From NCBI GenBank assembly GCA_964187785.1, contig OZ076417.1, positions 16,554,001 through 16,618,000 of the forward strand: a stretch of DNA of 64,000 nt, in the 5' to 3' direction. The number at the start of each line of letters is the position of its first letter. Position 1 is the stretch's first letter. The notes beneath the pieces were generated by a model. That model was not told the DNA's origin, searched no databases, and was given only the letters and a program-made list of their open reading frames with translations. The position numbers and the translations under genes were made by a program. Origin of the DNA: Amphiscolops sp. MND2022 (Eukaryota). Positions 35,488 to 49,449 of the stretch are shown here, piece by piece.

Positions 35488-38400
35488 CTCCGCTAGCGTC
35501 TGTGTCTAGGACAAATTCCCCTTCAGAATCTGGTTGTGCCAAAGCCGTGGCCTCTATTAATTCCACGTTGACTCCGTTGAAAGCCTGCCACTGCTCCTTC
35601 CCCACAAAAATGGAGTGCCAAAGCCAAGTGTTTTATGTAGGGGAGCAACAAAATTGGAGTGTCAAGGAATAAAGTCACAATACTAGTTCGCAAATCCCAG
35701 AAAACTTGTAGTTCGGTCTTGTTGCGGAGAATATCTCATTCTCGTAGTTTGGTAACAACTCTGGGGATACCTTCGGCGAGTACTATTCGACCAAATGTTT
35801 GATTTTGGAATTCATGAAGTCACATTTGGAAACGCACATTTTGAAGCCGCGTAAGCACTGAAAAACTTCATGTAGTCATTCTATGTGGTCCTTGATCGTT
35901 CGCGTGGCAATAACAATGTCATCAATGATTCCAAGACCATGCGTCCTTCGTGACTGACTTATTTTTGTAGCGCTCGCGCTATAGCACGTTGAAAGATTGC
36001 TGAAGCATTGCACATTTGTTTTGCTCTGCCCAATTTTTGCTTTGATCAATCGTGAAAGGCTTTCATCAATACGTAGCAGGGGTTAAGCGTCGTTGAGTGA
36101 GCGGAAGTCACAGCAGGAGCGTAGTTCGCCATTCTTTTTCTTGACCAAGACGATTCCACTTGCACAGGGAGATAGCGAAGGTTGGATCATGCCCAGTGCC
36201 CAGAGACCACGTACTTCTTGGTTTGCAACTTCAGCCTTTTCGGCGGACATTCGACCTGCACCTTCACGTTGGAATACAGTCCCTGGCTCTATTTCCACCG
36301 GGTGCTTGGCAATTTTACACTTTTTGTCGGCTTTATTGTTCATGAAAAGGTCTTCAAATTCGTTAAAAGTTTATCGAGCATATCGCATGCGGTCGAAATC
36401 CACAAATTTTGGACTTCGTCGAACTGCGCTCCGGGGCCACGAAGTGGACCAGTAGCGCCGAGTCGGTACGTTTCATGATTTCGCGCCCCAATAAACCGAG
36501 TTCCGACGGATCAGTAGATGATTAAAACTCGAAGTCAGACAAAGAATTATATTTAGCGTTAGTATCTATGTTCATTTTTTGATAGATCTTAGAAACAAAA
36601 ATTGCTGTAGGTTTTATTTCAGTTCGTTGCTCGGGAGCAACCTGAGGGATTGCTTTGTGAGCCAGAACATCAAGCACTGAAGTTCCCAAAGGGTTTCCCA
36701 TTTTGACAATTTGTACGTTGGTGATATTTCCTAGGCTGACATAATGCAAACCCTTTTCTCCCACTGTAGCTAGGTTGTCCTCTAAAAATTTGGCATGTTC
36801 TAGAATCTGCTGCAGTGCTTGGAAATTAATGAAAATTTTTCGAAATAAGAAAGGTTCCAAATTGTTGGCTAATATTTTCGCACGTAAGATAGTGCGTTAG
36901 AAAGACTGTAAAACAACTAAAACAACGACTTAAGCTATTGCTACTGACGCGTGTAACGATTCGCTAAGAACTTGCGCGTGACACGCATCATGCACAGTGT
37001 GCATGATATCATACTGGATCTGGAGGGGGCTCGGACGATCACCTTCATTGTGGTTAAGTCAAACAAGTCCTGGTAAGTCTGTGGGAAATTTCTGCCAGCA
37101 GGAAGTTCTCAACACCCAATGCGTCACCCACAACGAAAAAGTTGGTCTCGAGTTCGTAACCACTCAATTGGAATTTTACATTTTCGGCGAGTACAATTTT
37201 CCATTTGCGGCGTACAAATCCACGCCGTAAGGTCGGAGAAAGGTACCAGTGTGCCCAGCCAATCTGTTATAGGCCGCGAAAGACTTGAAGACTTAAAAAA
37301 AGTCAGGATTAAGACTTCGGAACCAGCGTCTAGAAGGACTTGCATGGTGAGGACCCAGAGTCAGGGATAGTGAAAGACACCACGAGTGACGCGCGCTTAT
37401 CATTTCTATCTTCTCCAGTTGGATCCTGCTTGTCAATGTTGTAGCAACGCAGTTCCTGTGGACCAAGACAAATTTCCAGGTGGAAAAGCTCCCGTAATGA
37501 CAATGACAGTGGCCTCAAATCGCATACCTACTCCATCTACGTTCACTTTTACTGGGACAGGAGAAAGGGCAAGATATGTCGACGTGACACCTCTCACTTG
37601 CCCTTCTTCGAGCTGGAGATTTTAGATGGCGACATTGAAAATTGTCTCCGCTAGCGTCTGTGTCTAGGACAAATTCCCCTTCAGAATCTGGTTGTGCCAA
37701 AGCCGTGGCCTCTATTAATTCCACGTTGACTCCGTTGAAAGCCTGCCGCTGCTCCTTCCCCACAAAAATGGAGTGCCAAAGCCAAGTATTTTATGTAGGG
37801 GAGCAACAAAATTGGAGTGTCAAGGAATAAAGTCACAATACTAGTTCGCAAATCCCAGAAAACTTGTAGTTCGGTCTTGTTGCGGAGAATATCTCATTCT
37901 CGTAGTTTGGTAACAACTCTGGGGATACCTTCGGCGAGTACTATTCGACCAAATGTTTGATTTTGGAATTCATGAAGTCACATTTGGAAACGCACATTTT
38001 GAAGCCGCGTAAGCACTGAAAAACTTCATGTAGTCATTCTATGTGGTCCTTGATCGTTCGCGTGGCAATAACAATGTCATCAATGATTCCAAGACCATGC
38101 GTCCTTTGTGACTGACTTATTTTTGTAGCGCTCGCGCTATAGCACGTTGAAAGATTGCTGAAGCATTGCACATTTGTTTTGCTCTGCCCAATTTTTGCTT
38201 TGATCAATCGTGAAAGGCTTTCATCAATACGTAGCAGGGGTTAAGCGTCGTTGAGTGAGCGGAAGTCACAGCAGGAGCGTAGTTCGCCATTCTTTTTCTT
38301 GACCAAGACGATTCCACTTGCACAGGGAGATAGCGAAGGTTGGATCATGCCCAGTGCCCAGAGACCACGTACTTCTTGGTTTGCAACTTCAGCCTTTTCG

Positions 38401-39803
38401 GCGGACATTCGACCTGCACCTTCACGTTGGTATACAGTCCCTGGCTCTATTTCCACTGGGTGCTTGGCAATTTTACACTTTTTGTCGGCTTTATTGTTCA
38501 TGAAAAGGTCTTCAAATTCGTTAAAAGTTTATCGAGCATATCGCATGCGGTCGAAATCCACAAATTTTGGACTTCGTCGAACTGCGCTCCGGGGCCACGA
38601 AGTGGACCAGTAGCGCCGAGTCGGTACGTTTCATGATTTCGCGCCCCAATAAACCGAGTTCCGACGGATCAGTAGATGATTAAAACTCGAAGTCAGACAA
38701 AGAATTATATTTAGCGTTAGTATCTATGTTCATTTTTTGATAGATTTTAGAAACAAAAATTGCTGTAGGTTTTATTTCAGTTCGTTGCTCGGGAGCAACC
38801 TGAGGGATTGCTTTGTGAGCCAGAACATCAAGCACTGAAGTTCCCAAAGGGTTTCCCATTTTGACAATTTGTACGTTGGTGATATTTCCTAGGCTGACAT
38901 AATGCAAACCCTTTTCTCCCACTGTAGCTAGGTTGTCCTCTAAAAACTTGGCATGTTCTAGAATCTGCTGCAGTGCTTGGAAATTAATGAAAATTTTTCG
39001 AAATAAGAAAGGTTCCAAATTGTTGGCTAATATTTTCGCACGTAAGATAGTGCGTTAGAAAGACTGTAAAACAACTAAAACAACGACTTAAGCTATTGCT
39101 ACTGACGCGTGTAACGATTCGCTAAGAACTTGCGCGTGACACGCATCATGCACAGTGTGCATGATATCATACTGGATCTGGAGGGGGCTCGGACGATCAC
39201 CTTCATTGTGGTTAAGTCAAACAAGTCCTGGTAAGTCTGTGGGAAATTTCTGCCAGCAGGAAGTTCTCAACACCCAATGCGTCACCCACAACGAAAAAGT
39301 TGGTCTCGAGTTCGTAACCACTCAATTGGAATTTTACATTTTCGGCGAGTACAATTTTCCATTTGCGGCGTACAAATCCACGCCGTAAGGTCGGAGAAAG
39401 GTACCAGTGTGCCCAGCCAATCTGTTATAGGCCGCGAAAGACTTGAAGACTTAAAAAAAGTCAGGATAAAGACTTCGGAACCAGCGTCTAGAAGGACTTG
39501 CATGGTGAGGACCCAGAGTCAGGGATAGTGAAAGACACCACGAGTGACGCGCGCTTATCATTTCTATCTTCTCCAGTTGGATCCTGCTTGTCAATGTTGT
39601 AGCAACGCAGTTCCTGTGGACCAAGACAAATTTCCAGGTGGAAAAGCTCCCGTAATGACAATGACAGTGGCCTCAAATCGCATACCTACTCCATCTACGT
39701 TCACTTTTACTGGGACAGGAGAAAGGGCAAGATATGTCGACGTGACACCTCTCACTTGCCCTTCTTCGAGCTGGAGATTTTAGATGGCGACATTGAAAAT
39801 TGT
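35488..39803. repeat. Direct tandem duplication, unit 2158 bp (35488-37645 and 37646-39803)
   Basis: The ORF set repeats at an offset of 2158. I counted only about 8 substitutions by eye. Confidence 0.95.
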
Positions 39804-40643
39804 CGGATCTCATCGCTTTCATCTTCTGCTGGCCGTAGCAATGAGACCAATTCACTATCACTTGTAGTGTGAGAAGTAGGTGGCGGGTCAACCCAGAGGC
39901 TGTCAGCCAAGTCTTCAAGTACTGCCACGTCTTGACATTGAGAGGTGAATGTTGAGTCACACCACAGTTAACACAGACTACGGACCACTACATTCGGAGG
40001 CTACAGTGTCCTCACAAGTAAATAGATCTGCTAGCTATGAAGGTGAAAACGTTTTCTGGGTCATCTCGCTCTGGTTCGGACTTGTTGTTAATGTAATTTC
40101 TCGCTTCTCCCTCTAAGTGGTCAGTTGTTGCCCATGCTTTTCTATCTTCGTAGACTTGGCGTGTACACGTTCAAGAGACTTCTCATTAAGAGAAGCCATT
40201 CATCTACCATGCCTTTATACACTATATACCTGGCTCGGGTGTGGTATATACTCGCTATCAACGGTGCCAACTCTTTGGACAAGGCTTTCGATATCGCGTT
40301 GGTATATCTGAGTTTTTCCGGTGATATGGGTATCTCTTCGTTGGCAGTGGTAGGAGGCTGCTGCCCCTCGTGGACTTGACTGACTCATCAGAGGATTGCC
40401 ATATAGTCCTAGTTGCCCTCGTAACTTCTTTCGTTTCGTTTTCCTCGGACAGGTTACCTGACATTGGGTCTGAAAAATCGGGAGCTACTATAAAACTTTC
40501 ATCTGTTGGTCAGTCTTCTTCTCTGGGATCAGAGGTATGGTCAGAAGATTTACTGACATTTAGTCTGGTCAGTTCTGGTTTCGCGTGCTCGTTAGGATGC
40601 GTTAGTGACCTCTCCCCTTGAGAAAAAGTTGGGTGCCACCAGG

Positions 40644-40908
40644 TGCCTTTCGTACTCAAGTTTTTGGTTATTGACTTCCACATGTTGGTGATGTTACCAA
40701 TATGGACACTTCAGCACGCCTTGAAAAGGTAGAATTTTGATCTAGGTGTTGTAGCGATACAAAAATTGCACAACGTGTTGATGCGGACACGTGGGTCGAA
40801 AAAACATTCGCTTGGGGCCAGTGGGGTTAAGGCATCACGCACAAGAGGTTTTTTGAATACTTTTTGCCTTTTCGATAATATTTCGAAGTGCCTTGATCTC
40901 AACGTTGG
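40644..40908 (-). repeat. Internal Gypsy LTR (lacks about 55 bp of its 5' end), followed by a PBS-like TGGTGGCACCC at 40631-40641
   Basis: Roughly 90% similar to 44451-44715 by eye. Ends ...GCA-cc-TGG on the minus strand. Confidence 0.75.
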
Positions 40909-43900
40909 AGCGTAGTTCGCCATTCTTTTCCTTGACCAAGACGATTCCACTTGCACAGGGAGATAGCGAAGGTTGGATCATGCCCAGTGCCAAGAGATGC
41001 CCAGTGCCACGTACTTCTTGGTTTGCAATTTCTGCCTTTTCGGGGGACATTCGACGTGCACCTTCACGTACGTTGGGCTACAGCCCCTGGCTCTATTTCT
41101 ACCGGGTGCTTGGCAATTTTACACTTTTTGTCGGCTTTATTGTTCGTGAAAAAGTCTTCAAATTCAATGAAGGTTTATTGAGCACATCGCATGCGGTCGA
41201 AACCCACAATTTTGGGCTTCGTCGAGCTGCGCTACGGGGCCAGGAAGTGGAACAGTAGCGCCGAGTCGGTACGCTTCTTGATTTCGCGCCTCAATAAACC
41301 GAGTTCCGACGGATCAGTAGAAGATGAAAACTCGAAGTCAGACGAAGAATTATTTTAAGCGTTAGTATCTATCTTCATTTGTTGATAGATTTTAGAAACA
41401 AAATTTCCTGAAGGTTGTATTTCAGTTTGTTGCTCGGGACCAACCTGAGGGATTGCTTTGTGAGCCAGAACATCAAGCACTGAAGTTCCCAAGAGGTTTC
41501 CCATTTTGACAATTTGTACGTTGCTGGTGAGATTTCCTAGGCTGACAAAAAGCAAACCCGTTTCTCCTATTGTTGCTAGATTGTCCTCTAAAAACTTGGC
41601 ATGTTATAGAACTCGCTGCAGTGCTTGGAAATTAATCCAAATTTTTCGAAATAATAAAGGTTCCAAATGTTGGATAAAGGTTCTCGCACGTAGGATAGTG
41701 CGTTCGAAAGGCTGTGAAACAACGTCTTAAGCTATTGCTACTGGCGCGTGTAACGATTCGCTACGTACTTGCGCGTACGTATGATACCATACTGGTCTGC
41801 AGGGGAGCGGACGATCTTCATTGCGGTTAAGTCAAACAACTCCTGGTAAGTCCGTAGGAAATTACTGCCAGCAAGAAGTTCTCAACACCCAATGCGTCAT
41901 CCACAATGAAAAAGTTGATTTCGATTTCGTAACCACCCAATTGGAATTTTACATTTTCAGAGAGTCCAATTTTCCATTTGCGGCGTACAAATCCACGCCG
42001 TAAGTTCGGAGAAGGGTACCAGTGTGCACAGCCAATCTGTTATAGGCCGCGAAAGACTTAAAGACTTAGAAAAGTCAGGATAAAGACTTCGGAACCAGCG
42101 TCTAGAAGGCCTTGCATGGTGAGGGCCCAGAGTCTGGGATAGTGAAAGACACCACGAGTGACGCGCGCTTATCATTTCTATGTTCTCCAGTTGGATCCTG
42201 CTTGTCCATGTTGTAGCAACGCAGTTCCTGTGGACCAAGACAAATTTCCAGGAGGAAAAGCGTCCGTAATGACAATGACAGTGGCTTCAAATCGCATACC
42301 TACTCTATCTACGTTCACTTTTACTGGGACAGGAGAAAGGGCAAGATATGTCGACGTGACACCTCTCACTTGCCCTTCTTCGAGCTGGGGAAAGTTTAGA
42401 GGGCGACATTGAAACTTGTCAGAAATCTCATTGCTATCATCTTCTGCTGGCCGTAGCATTGAGACCAATTCACTATCGCTTGTAGTGTGAGAAGTAGGTG
42501 GCGGGTCAGCCCAGAGGCTGTCAGCCAAGTCTTCATGTACTGCCAAGATTTGACATTGAGAGGCTGAATGTTGAGTCCCACCACAGTTAACATAGACAAA
42601 GGGCCAGTACGTTCGGAGGCTACAGTGTCCTCACAATTTATAGATCTGCTAGCTATGATGGTAAAGACTTTTTCTGGATCATCTCGCTCTGGTTCGGACT
42701 TGTTGTTAATGTAATTTCTCGCTTCTCCCTCTAAGTGGTCAGTTATTGCCCATGCTTTTCTATCTTCGTAGACTTGGCATGTACACGTTCAAGAGACTTC
42801 TCATTAAGAGAAGCCATTCATCTACCATGCCTTTATACAGTATATGCCTGGCTCGGGTGTGGTATCTACTCGCTATCAACGGAGCCAACTCTTTGGACAA
42901 GGCTTTCGATATCGTGTCGGTATATCTGAGTTTTTCCGGTGATATGGGTATTTCTTCGTTTGCAGTAGTAGGAGGCTGCTGCCCTTCGTGAACTTGATTG
43001 ACTCATCAGAAGCATCTACTGTGAGCACTTCTTTTCGTCGAGTGCTGCTAGCGCATGGGTTGCTTGGGGGGAATTCATCGTTCGCAGTATGGAATTTTTC
43101 GGTCAATTCTCCCAATGTTGCATTAGCAGACTGAAATGTGGCAGTCATCTGAGTTGTCGCATCAGTACACAGTGGTTCTCGCAAATCAGTAATACCCATA
43201 CTGGAAGTCTCAATGGTTATCGGGTCATTTGCTGAAACTGCTGAAACAGGTATTTTGATGGAAGAGCTTTGCTGATATTTGGATGGGAGCCGTGTTGAGC
43301 TTGATAAACCTGCTAGGGTTGCTGACCGTTCTCTTGGCTTGGGGGTCACATTCGTCGTGGATGGTTTAGGTGGTGACATCTCAGTGCCTTTTAACATCTC
43401 TTTGGTTGTAATATTTTCGGTTCGAGGTTGTGTGTTTTTCAACATGGTTGGTGCCCATTGTCTGAAATTGTGAGCACATCTCTTGCATCTGTGATTCCAT
43501 GCCGAGTTCACGTTGCATTAGTGGATCTTTCTTTTCTACTATGCGATAACCCATGGCATCCATCGGAGCAGCTTGAATCTCCTGTCCCTGTGCATGTTTG
43601 TCAACTGACAGTCCTAGTTCATTTTGCACAGCCTCAATCTCTTCTGAGATGGCTTGATGCTCACAATCACACTCTGCTTTGTTTTCAGACATCAAGCAAT
43701 GGTTTGCTTTGCTTCTAGTTGTGCTTCTCATAGGGCTTTGCGAGCCATCTGTACAGCTGCAGTACAGCTGCATCATGTACTGCCCTTACGCGGAAGATCG
43801 TCCTGATGTAGCTTTGAATGAGGGTGATGAAGAACGCGAGGCACCATGCAGTACTGTTGGGGCCGTTTTGACTAGTAGGGCTGAAGGTCGCACCCGCTTT

Positions 43901-44450
43901 CCTTTTCCAGAAGCTCTGGGAACCGTAGCCTCTTGTAACACGTTCTGGCATAGTTCAAACCTCCCACGTAAGTCAATTCCTGTTATACATGTGCTGTGTC
44001 ATCACTGGTCATTCTTGTTGCTTTTGGCGCACCCAAAATGTTTGAGGAGACCTGATCCTTCCTCTTCTCCAGCTTCTTCCTTGTTTCTATTGGAATTAGG
44101 CCACAGCATAGAATCATCCGCATCAAAGGTGGTTATGTTGCGGGATTGTTCATGCAACCATTTCGAGGTATGAGTTTGGCTCTCTGCCTCATCGGAAGAT
44201 TGCCATATAGTCCTAGTTGACCTCGTAACTTCTTTCGTTTGGTATTTCTCGGACAGGTTATCTGACATTGGGTCTGAAAAATCGGGAGCGACTATGAAAC
44301 TGTCATCTGTTGGTCAGTCTTCTTCTCTGGGATCAGAGGTATAGTCTGAAGATGTACTGACATTTAGTCTGGTCAGTTCTGGTTCCGCGGGCTCGTTAGG
44401 ATGCGTTAGTAACTCCCCCCCCCCTTGAGAAAAAATTGGGTGCCACCAGG

Positions 44451-44774
44451 TGCGATTCGTACTCAAGTTTTTGGTTTTTGACTTCCACATGTTGGTGATG
44501 TTACCATTATGGACACTACTTCATCACGCCTCGAAAAGGTAGAAGTTTGATCTAGGTGTTGTAGCGATACGAAATTTGCACAACGTGTTGATACGGATAC
44601 GTGGGTCGAAAAAAATTCGCTTGGGGTCAGTGGGGTTAAGGCATCACGCACGAGAAATTTTTTGAATACTTTTTGCGTTTTTGATAAATTTGTGAAGTGC
44701 CTTGATCTCAACGTTGGAACGTCGGAAACGTCTGGAAAAAGGTCCGCGATCCCTTGTTTTGCGATGCAGCAACA
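44451..44774 (-). repeat. Gypsy 5' LTR (TGTTG...GCA, 324 bp) with PBS-like site at 44438-44448
   Basis: TG...CA termini on the minus strand. TGGTGGCA matches the 3' end of tRNA-Leu-type primers for 8 nt (primer identity is inference). Confidence 0.7.
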
Positions 44775-46379
44775 AAATTTGGATAGGACTATATCACAGG
44801 GGTTTTATGTTTTTGATGAAGGCTTTTTGTACAGCGTAGAGATAGCAAGCTCGCTTTACCATCTTATAGTGTTACGATGGGCACTTGGGAACAGGGCGAT
44901 ACATAACTCGAGTATATAACGTTTTGTTTTTTTCGACAAAAATTCATTGAGGTGTGTTTCAAACGAAAATTCGAACAATGCTCTTAAGTCAGTGAAAGTC
45001 GTACTGTTCGCTGGAAAAAAATGTTCTTACCGTCGAGAAGCACTTACAATGCTAATTCATAGGTCTAGCGGAAGCTCGGGAGCTTCTCTAAGTTATCGAA
45101 AAAGCACCGATAGCACTCCCGGAAAAAGAAAGAACACAAGGTCAAAAACGTCAAAGAACTTTTCTCTGGCTTGGTGGGTGATACGCACACCAAACTTTGT
45201 GGTCGAACTTTTTTCTGCGACATTTACCAACCGTTTTTTGGATAGGGATACTGTCACCTTACTTTTGAGACAGTCCGGTTTTTGGATTTTGGGGTATTCC
45301 AATGATTTTTTCATCTTTTCTCAACACTGAAAATAAGTTTTTCGATGCAATTTTCGCGTCCAAACGTTAAATTGTATGTAGTAACTGAAAGTAATAGTCC
45401 AATTACCACCAATAAGCTCAAAAACACGGTTTTTGGGGCTAATTCTAAGGTTTAAAATTTTTCTTGTACCATGAAATGTGGGGATTGAACTAATTGCAGT
45501 TTTTTGGATGTGTTAAGAGATCTTTGACACTTCTTTAGGGCTGTTTCTTGCCAAGCTTAAGTCAATTTTAACAGAATGAGGTTTTCCTCACATAATTTTA
45601 CACAAAGTGCTTCAGTCGGCAACTTTGAGCATAAAAACGTACTTTTGCGAATGCAAAGGGATCCTGAGCTACAGTAATTTATTTTCTGGAGGGGTGTGGC
45701 TAGCACCAAGAGCGCTCACGCTCATGTGAGTGTTTTGCCTCAAAAATACCAAAATAGACACTTTTTGCTAAGAACACAATCAAAAAACGCTCCTTTCAGT
45801 TCAAAATGGGTACAAAAGCACACACTTGATTGCAGGAGGCTCGTAGTGACGATTACGCTAACAATTACAAACAAAATTTGGAGCAATCCAAAAACATCAA
45901 CCCTAGATGGGAAAATTCATACAACCCGGATTGAAGAGTCGCACATTCTTCCCATCTTTTCTCCTCATCCAGACCAGCCAAAGGCAAACTGTTTGCACCG
46001 TTGAAAACGTCAGTCTTTGCACTACGAGTCGACCAATTTTCGTCCTTCTAGGACATCGACATAATTAATGGGACCGAAGAGTCGTACACACTCGATTTGT
46101 CAAGTTGTAATATCCGTCTGAGCAAGGTTCGTCCTCTTAATGACACTCGCTCCCATGGTCAAAAATGCTGAAAAAGGCTGCAAAAAACATGCAAAACACT
46201 CTCCGCAGATTATCTATGGCTGGCTAGACCATTTTTTGAGTGAACCGTTACGAGGATCAAAAGATCACGACATGTTTCTGCTAAAGAAAGTGTCAAAATC
46301 ATGGCATACACAAGGCAGATTCAAAAAATTACCGTTAACCACCAGGCGTAAAGCCTCAAATGACATACACACGTGTTAA

Positions 46380-46680
46380 AAACGTTGAAAAACTCTGTTT
46401 CTTCCTCTTTTTGTCAGAGTCAGGTCGTTTTTGGCGTCAATCACCAGAGGGTCAACTCTTTTAAAACCATTGAGGGAAGCACCCCGAAGCGATCCCTCTG
46501 TGGTCGCCATAAAAAGTTCGCCTCCATGTAACAGCAACCTCTCACCATTGCCGCAGCAAAGATGGAGGAGCACATGTTATGGGTATTTGTCCGGGACAGG
46601 CGCCGACGACTTTGAGCCCATTTTGCCTCCTTTCGGTAAGTAAAAGTTGTCCGTCAGAGCTTCCGTCCTGTGTGGAGTGC
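46380..46680 (-). mobile_element. Remnant homologous to the post-integrase region of the 32.5-44.8 kb Gypsy
   Basis: tgtaac.gcaa...caccattgc...agatggaggagc.catg.tatgggt.tttg.ccgggacaggcgcc is shared between about 32560-32645 and 46526-46605. Confidence 0.65.
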
Positions 46681-48548
46681 TCGTCGACCTTGTCCAATCT
46701 TTAATTGCTATCGGTAGTGTGAATTACGCTGTTCTATCAAAACGCAAATAGATTTTAAAAATGATGGTGGTGGCAAAGAATAATTTCCGCATCACAGATC
46801 ACGGTGAAAAAGTAGCTCACGAGCTAAATCCTCCAGATAATTGGTATTTTACAGCACAATCAACATGGCAAGGCAACAATTAGTGCGGACACAAGCACTG
46901 ATGCTCGTTTAGGGTATTTCAAGACGCATTTCAAGTAATTGCAACAATTGGTAGCAATCTGCTAATGAAAGTCCCGGTCAAAACAGGAGTCCGTGTTATT
47001 AACAGATTGAGTTTGTTTTCGCACTTTTTCGGTTTGCAGTTTTTTTCGTTCTTGCTTTAGCGGGTCTGATATTGCTCTGAAGTGTTCTGTGCCTCTTTGA
47101 TTTAGCTGTCAGGTCTTTTGTCAAGACACAGAGTCGCTCAGCGGAATGTGACCGCTAAAATCTAGTCCCTTGAACGAAATTTTCACATCTTCAGACGTCG
47201 ATGCTAGGTGATGGTTACAAACTTTGGAACGTCAGAGAGACGAACTTGGTCACGCCAGCTAAAGTACTTGGTTTCCGGTTTAGTTCTAGATTTTAATTGA
47301 ACGATAGATGTCAGAACTTTGAAAAGCCGCTAACAGAGCTGCAGCATTAGGTCTAGTAAAAAAACAACTGTAGCTTAAGTCTACATCATCCGTTCTGGTG
47401 GTGGTACAAATCAAAAGTGCTTTACAAATCAATATCAAGATATATTATGTGATAAATACAACACAACCTAGAATGAAATATTATGGGGGACGGGTACATT
47501 GGTGTCTAGACAAATAAATAGTTGAAAAGAGATGAGTAGTTTCATGAAGCGAAAGAAAAGAGAATATCATTGAGTTTCGTCAACTGATTGCAGACTGATT
47601 GCTTTGACTGGATTCAAAAAGTAATATCTACAAAAGTCTTTCAAGTGGTAAGTGTAGGAGTGAATCAAGCCTTGTTTGAGTGAATCGATACCCATATTTT
47701 TTGCTCTATCTGTTTATTTGTCAAGTTGTGAACGTTTGACGTTATCCTAGCTCTTGATTTTTTATTCTAAAAATGTATTCCTCTGAAGTTTCTTCAAAGG
47801 ACCTTAGAAAAACATCTACTGTCAAGGACTTTCAGACGAATGTTTCATTCGCAAGGCACTTCAAAACATCCTCAGGATCCAAAGTTGCCATATCTGGAAT
47901 CTACGACAATCAATGATATCGCTACAAAAACGTTTACTCACAGTTTCTCGTTTCTTCTAGCAGTATATCTGAAATAGATTTTTATTATTCGATGAAATTT
48001 TACCCAACGAATTCGGCATGAAAACAGTAGAAATTATACCGAAAAAAGTAACTAACGATGAACCAAAAATAGTTCCATATCCAACTCGGGAGCAATTGCT
48101 CTAGAATCCCGAAAATCTTCAGAAGCATAGTAGCAATCACATCTTTTGTGCAATGCGGAAAACTTCGCGAGATTGCTTTCTCCCCTTGTAACTTCTGTGC
48201 ATTGACTCGCACAGTTGGTTTCAGATATCGGATACAGAGTTGTCAAATGGGTGATGAACATTGCGTTGTGCAATGCGATATCCACCGATACTTTAACGAA
48301 CATGTTCCTAGAGAAAGATATCAAACATCTGTAAGTTTTGAGCAACAGTATTTTTGTGTGGGTTTGTAGGATTCTCTGCGACTTATGGTTACTGGAAAAA
48401 GACTAGATTTTCACTCGACCTTCGGCGAATTTGGGGCAAAAGCAAAGAAAAGAATAACTTTGTTTGCTTCCGAGAGAGACATTTTGTTGCTGATTTACAG
48501 CAAGTTTCGCAAAGTCCTTATCAATGTGAAAAGTTTTGTATCTCAATA

Positions 48549-48906
48549 ACAAGCCGGTAACGGCCCAAGTCGGCGCCATATCTAAGGCTCAAAAAGACTC
48601 GAAAACGAAAACCACTTTTTCTACAACTGGAGACAACAAAAGCTCTCAAAAAACTAAAAATTGAGAAAAAAATTTCCCAATTTTTTTCGAAATTTTTTTG
48701 AAGTTTCCGGTAAGTCGCATAGTGCCGAAAAATGTAAAAGACGCGACGCTTTGGGTTTTTTTGAACATCCATTCTGTTGCAAAATATCAAAAATTGATGG
48801 GAGGAACAATAAAAAAAATCGGAAAAATATCAGTCTCACAGTGCCGAAAAAAGGAGGAAAGTCTCATAGTGTCACTGTTCTTCGAAAACGCCGACTAAAA
48901 AACTAG
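48549..48906 (+). mobile_element. Second copy of the Helentron/DINE-like non-autonomous repeat
   Basis: agtcggcg near the 5' end and cgccgact near the 3' end, internal repeats of gtc.ca.agtgccgaaaaa, and the same 5' end as 8996. Confidence 0.55.
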
Positions 48907-49449
48907 AATCCTTAGAAACTAACGTTTTGATGAAGCTTCTACTGTTTCGTTGGAACACTGTCTAAAGCAATTTCTGAAATCTATAGGTAGACGGAGAACC
49001 GACCAACTCCTTCCAAGAAGACTTGGATGTTATTGGATTCAAGAAAATTTCGTACAAAAAGTGCAGGTGATATTCAAGATTTCTGGATGGAAACTGGTTT
49101 TTTATGCTGAAGTATCCAAACAAATCACTTTCAATCAATCGATTGTATTTTCTTGCGAAGCATCCAAAATTCGTTCAGAAGTAACAAAACATTGTCTCGG
49201 CGGTGCTGTTGTCACACCAATTTCAATTTTTTTTGTGGATGAAACTGGTATTTCGGAAAAATATTTCGTGGCAGTTTTTTACCACTTCCTTCGACATTCT
49301 GCAATATTGCTACAAAATTTTATTCACATAATTTCCAGCTGAACATTTGCTTCGATGGGTACACATTGATTCCTTTGTGTCAAAAAATAGTCGCGAAACG
49401 TTAAAGATACTCCTCATACAAAATTGATGGAGGTACGTTTTTGTCTTTG

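Larger units (their letters stand above)
32540..44774 (-). mobile_element. Rearranged tandem array of one Ty3/Gypsy family: LTR-gag-pro-RT' / LTR-gag-pro-RT-RH' / pro-RT-RH-INT-extra region
   Basis: gag EDRKAWAITDHLEGEARNYI, protease LLDAGSEV, RT PSLSPCASGIVLVKKKNGELRSCCDFRSLND and IIDDIVI, RH FVLDTDAS, INT HGALDHQG...CLTC and LYDHIK. All are frame-broken. Confidence 0.9.

Noticed and set aside
43679-44173. 164-aa plus-strand ORF with a signal-peptide-like start
   Set aside because: It is antisense to the gag/leader region of the minus-strand Gypsy, with no independent support.
48654-48906. Several overlapping K/F/R-rich ORFs
   Set aside because: Translation of an abundant low-complexity repeat, not genes.
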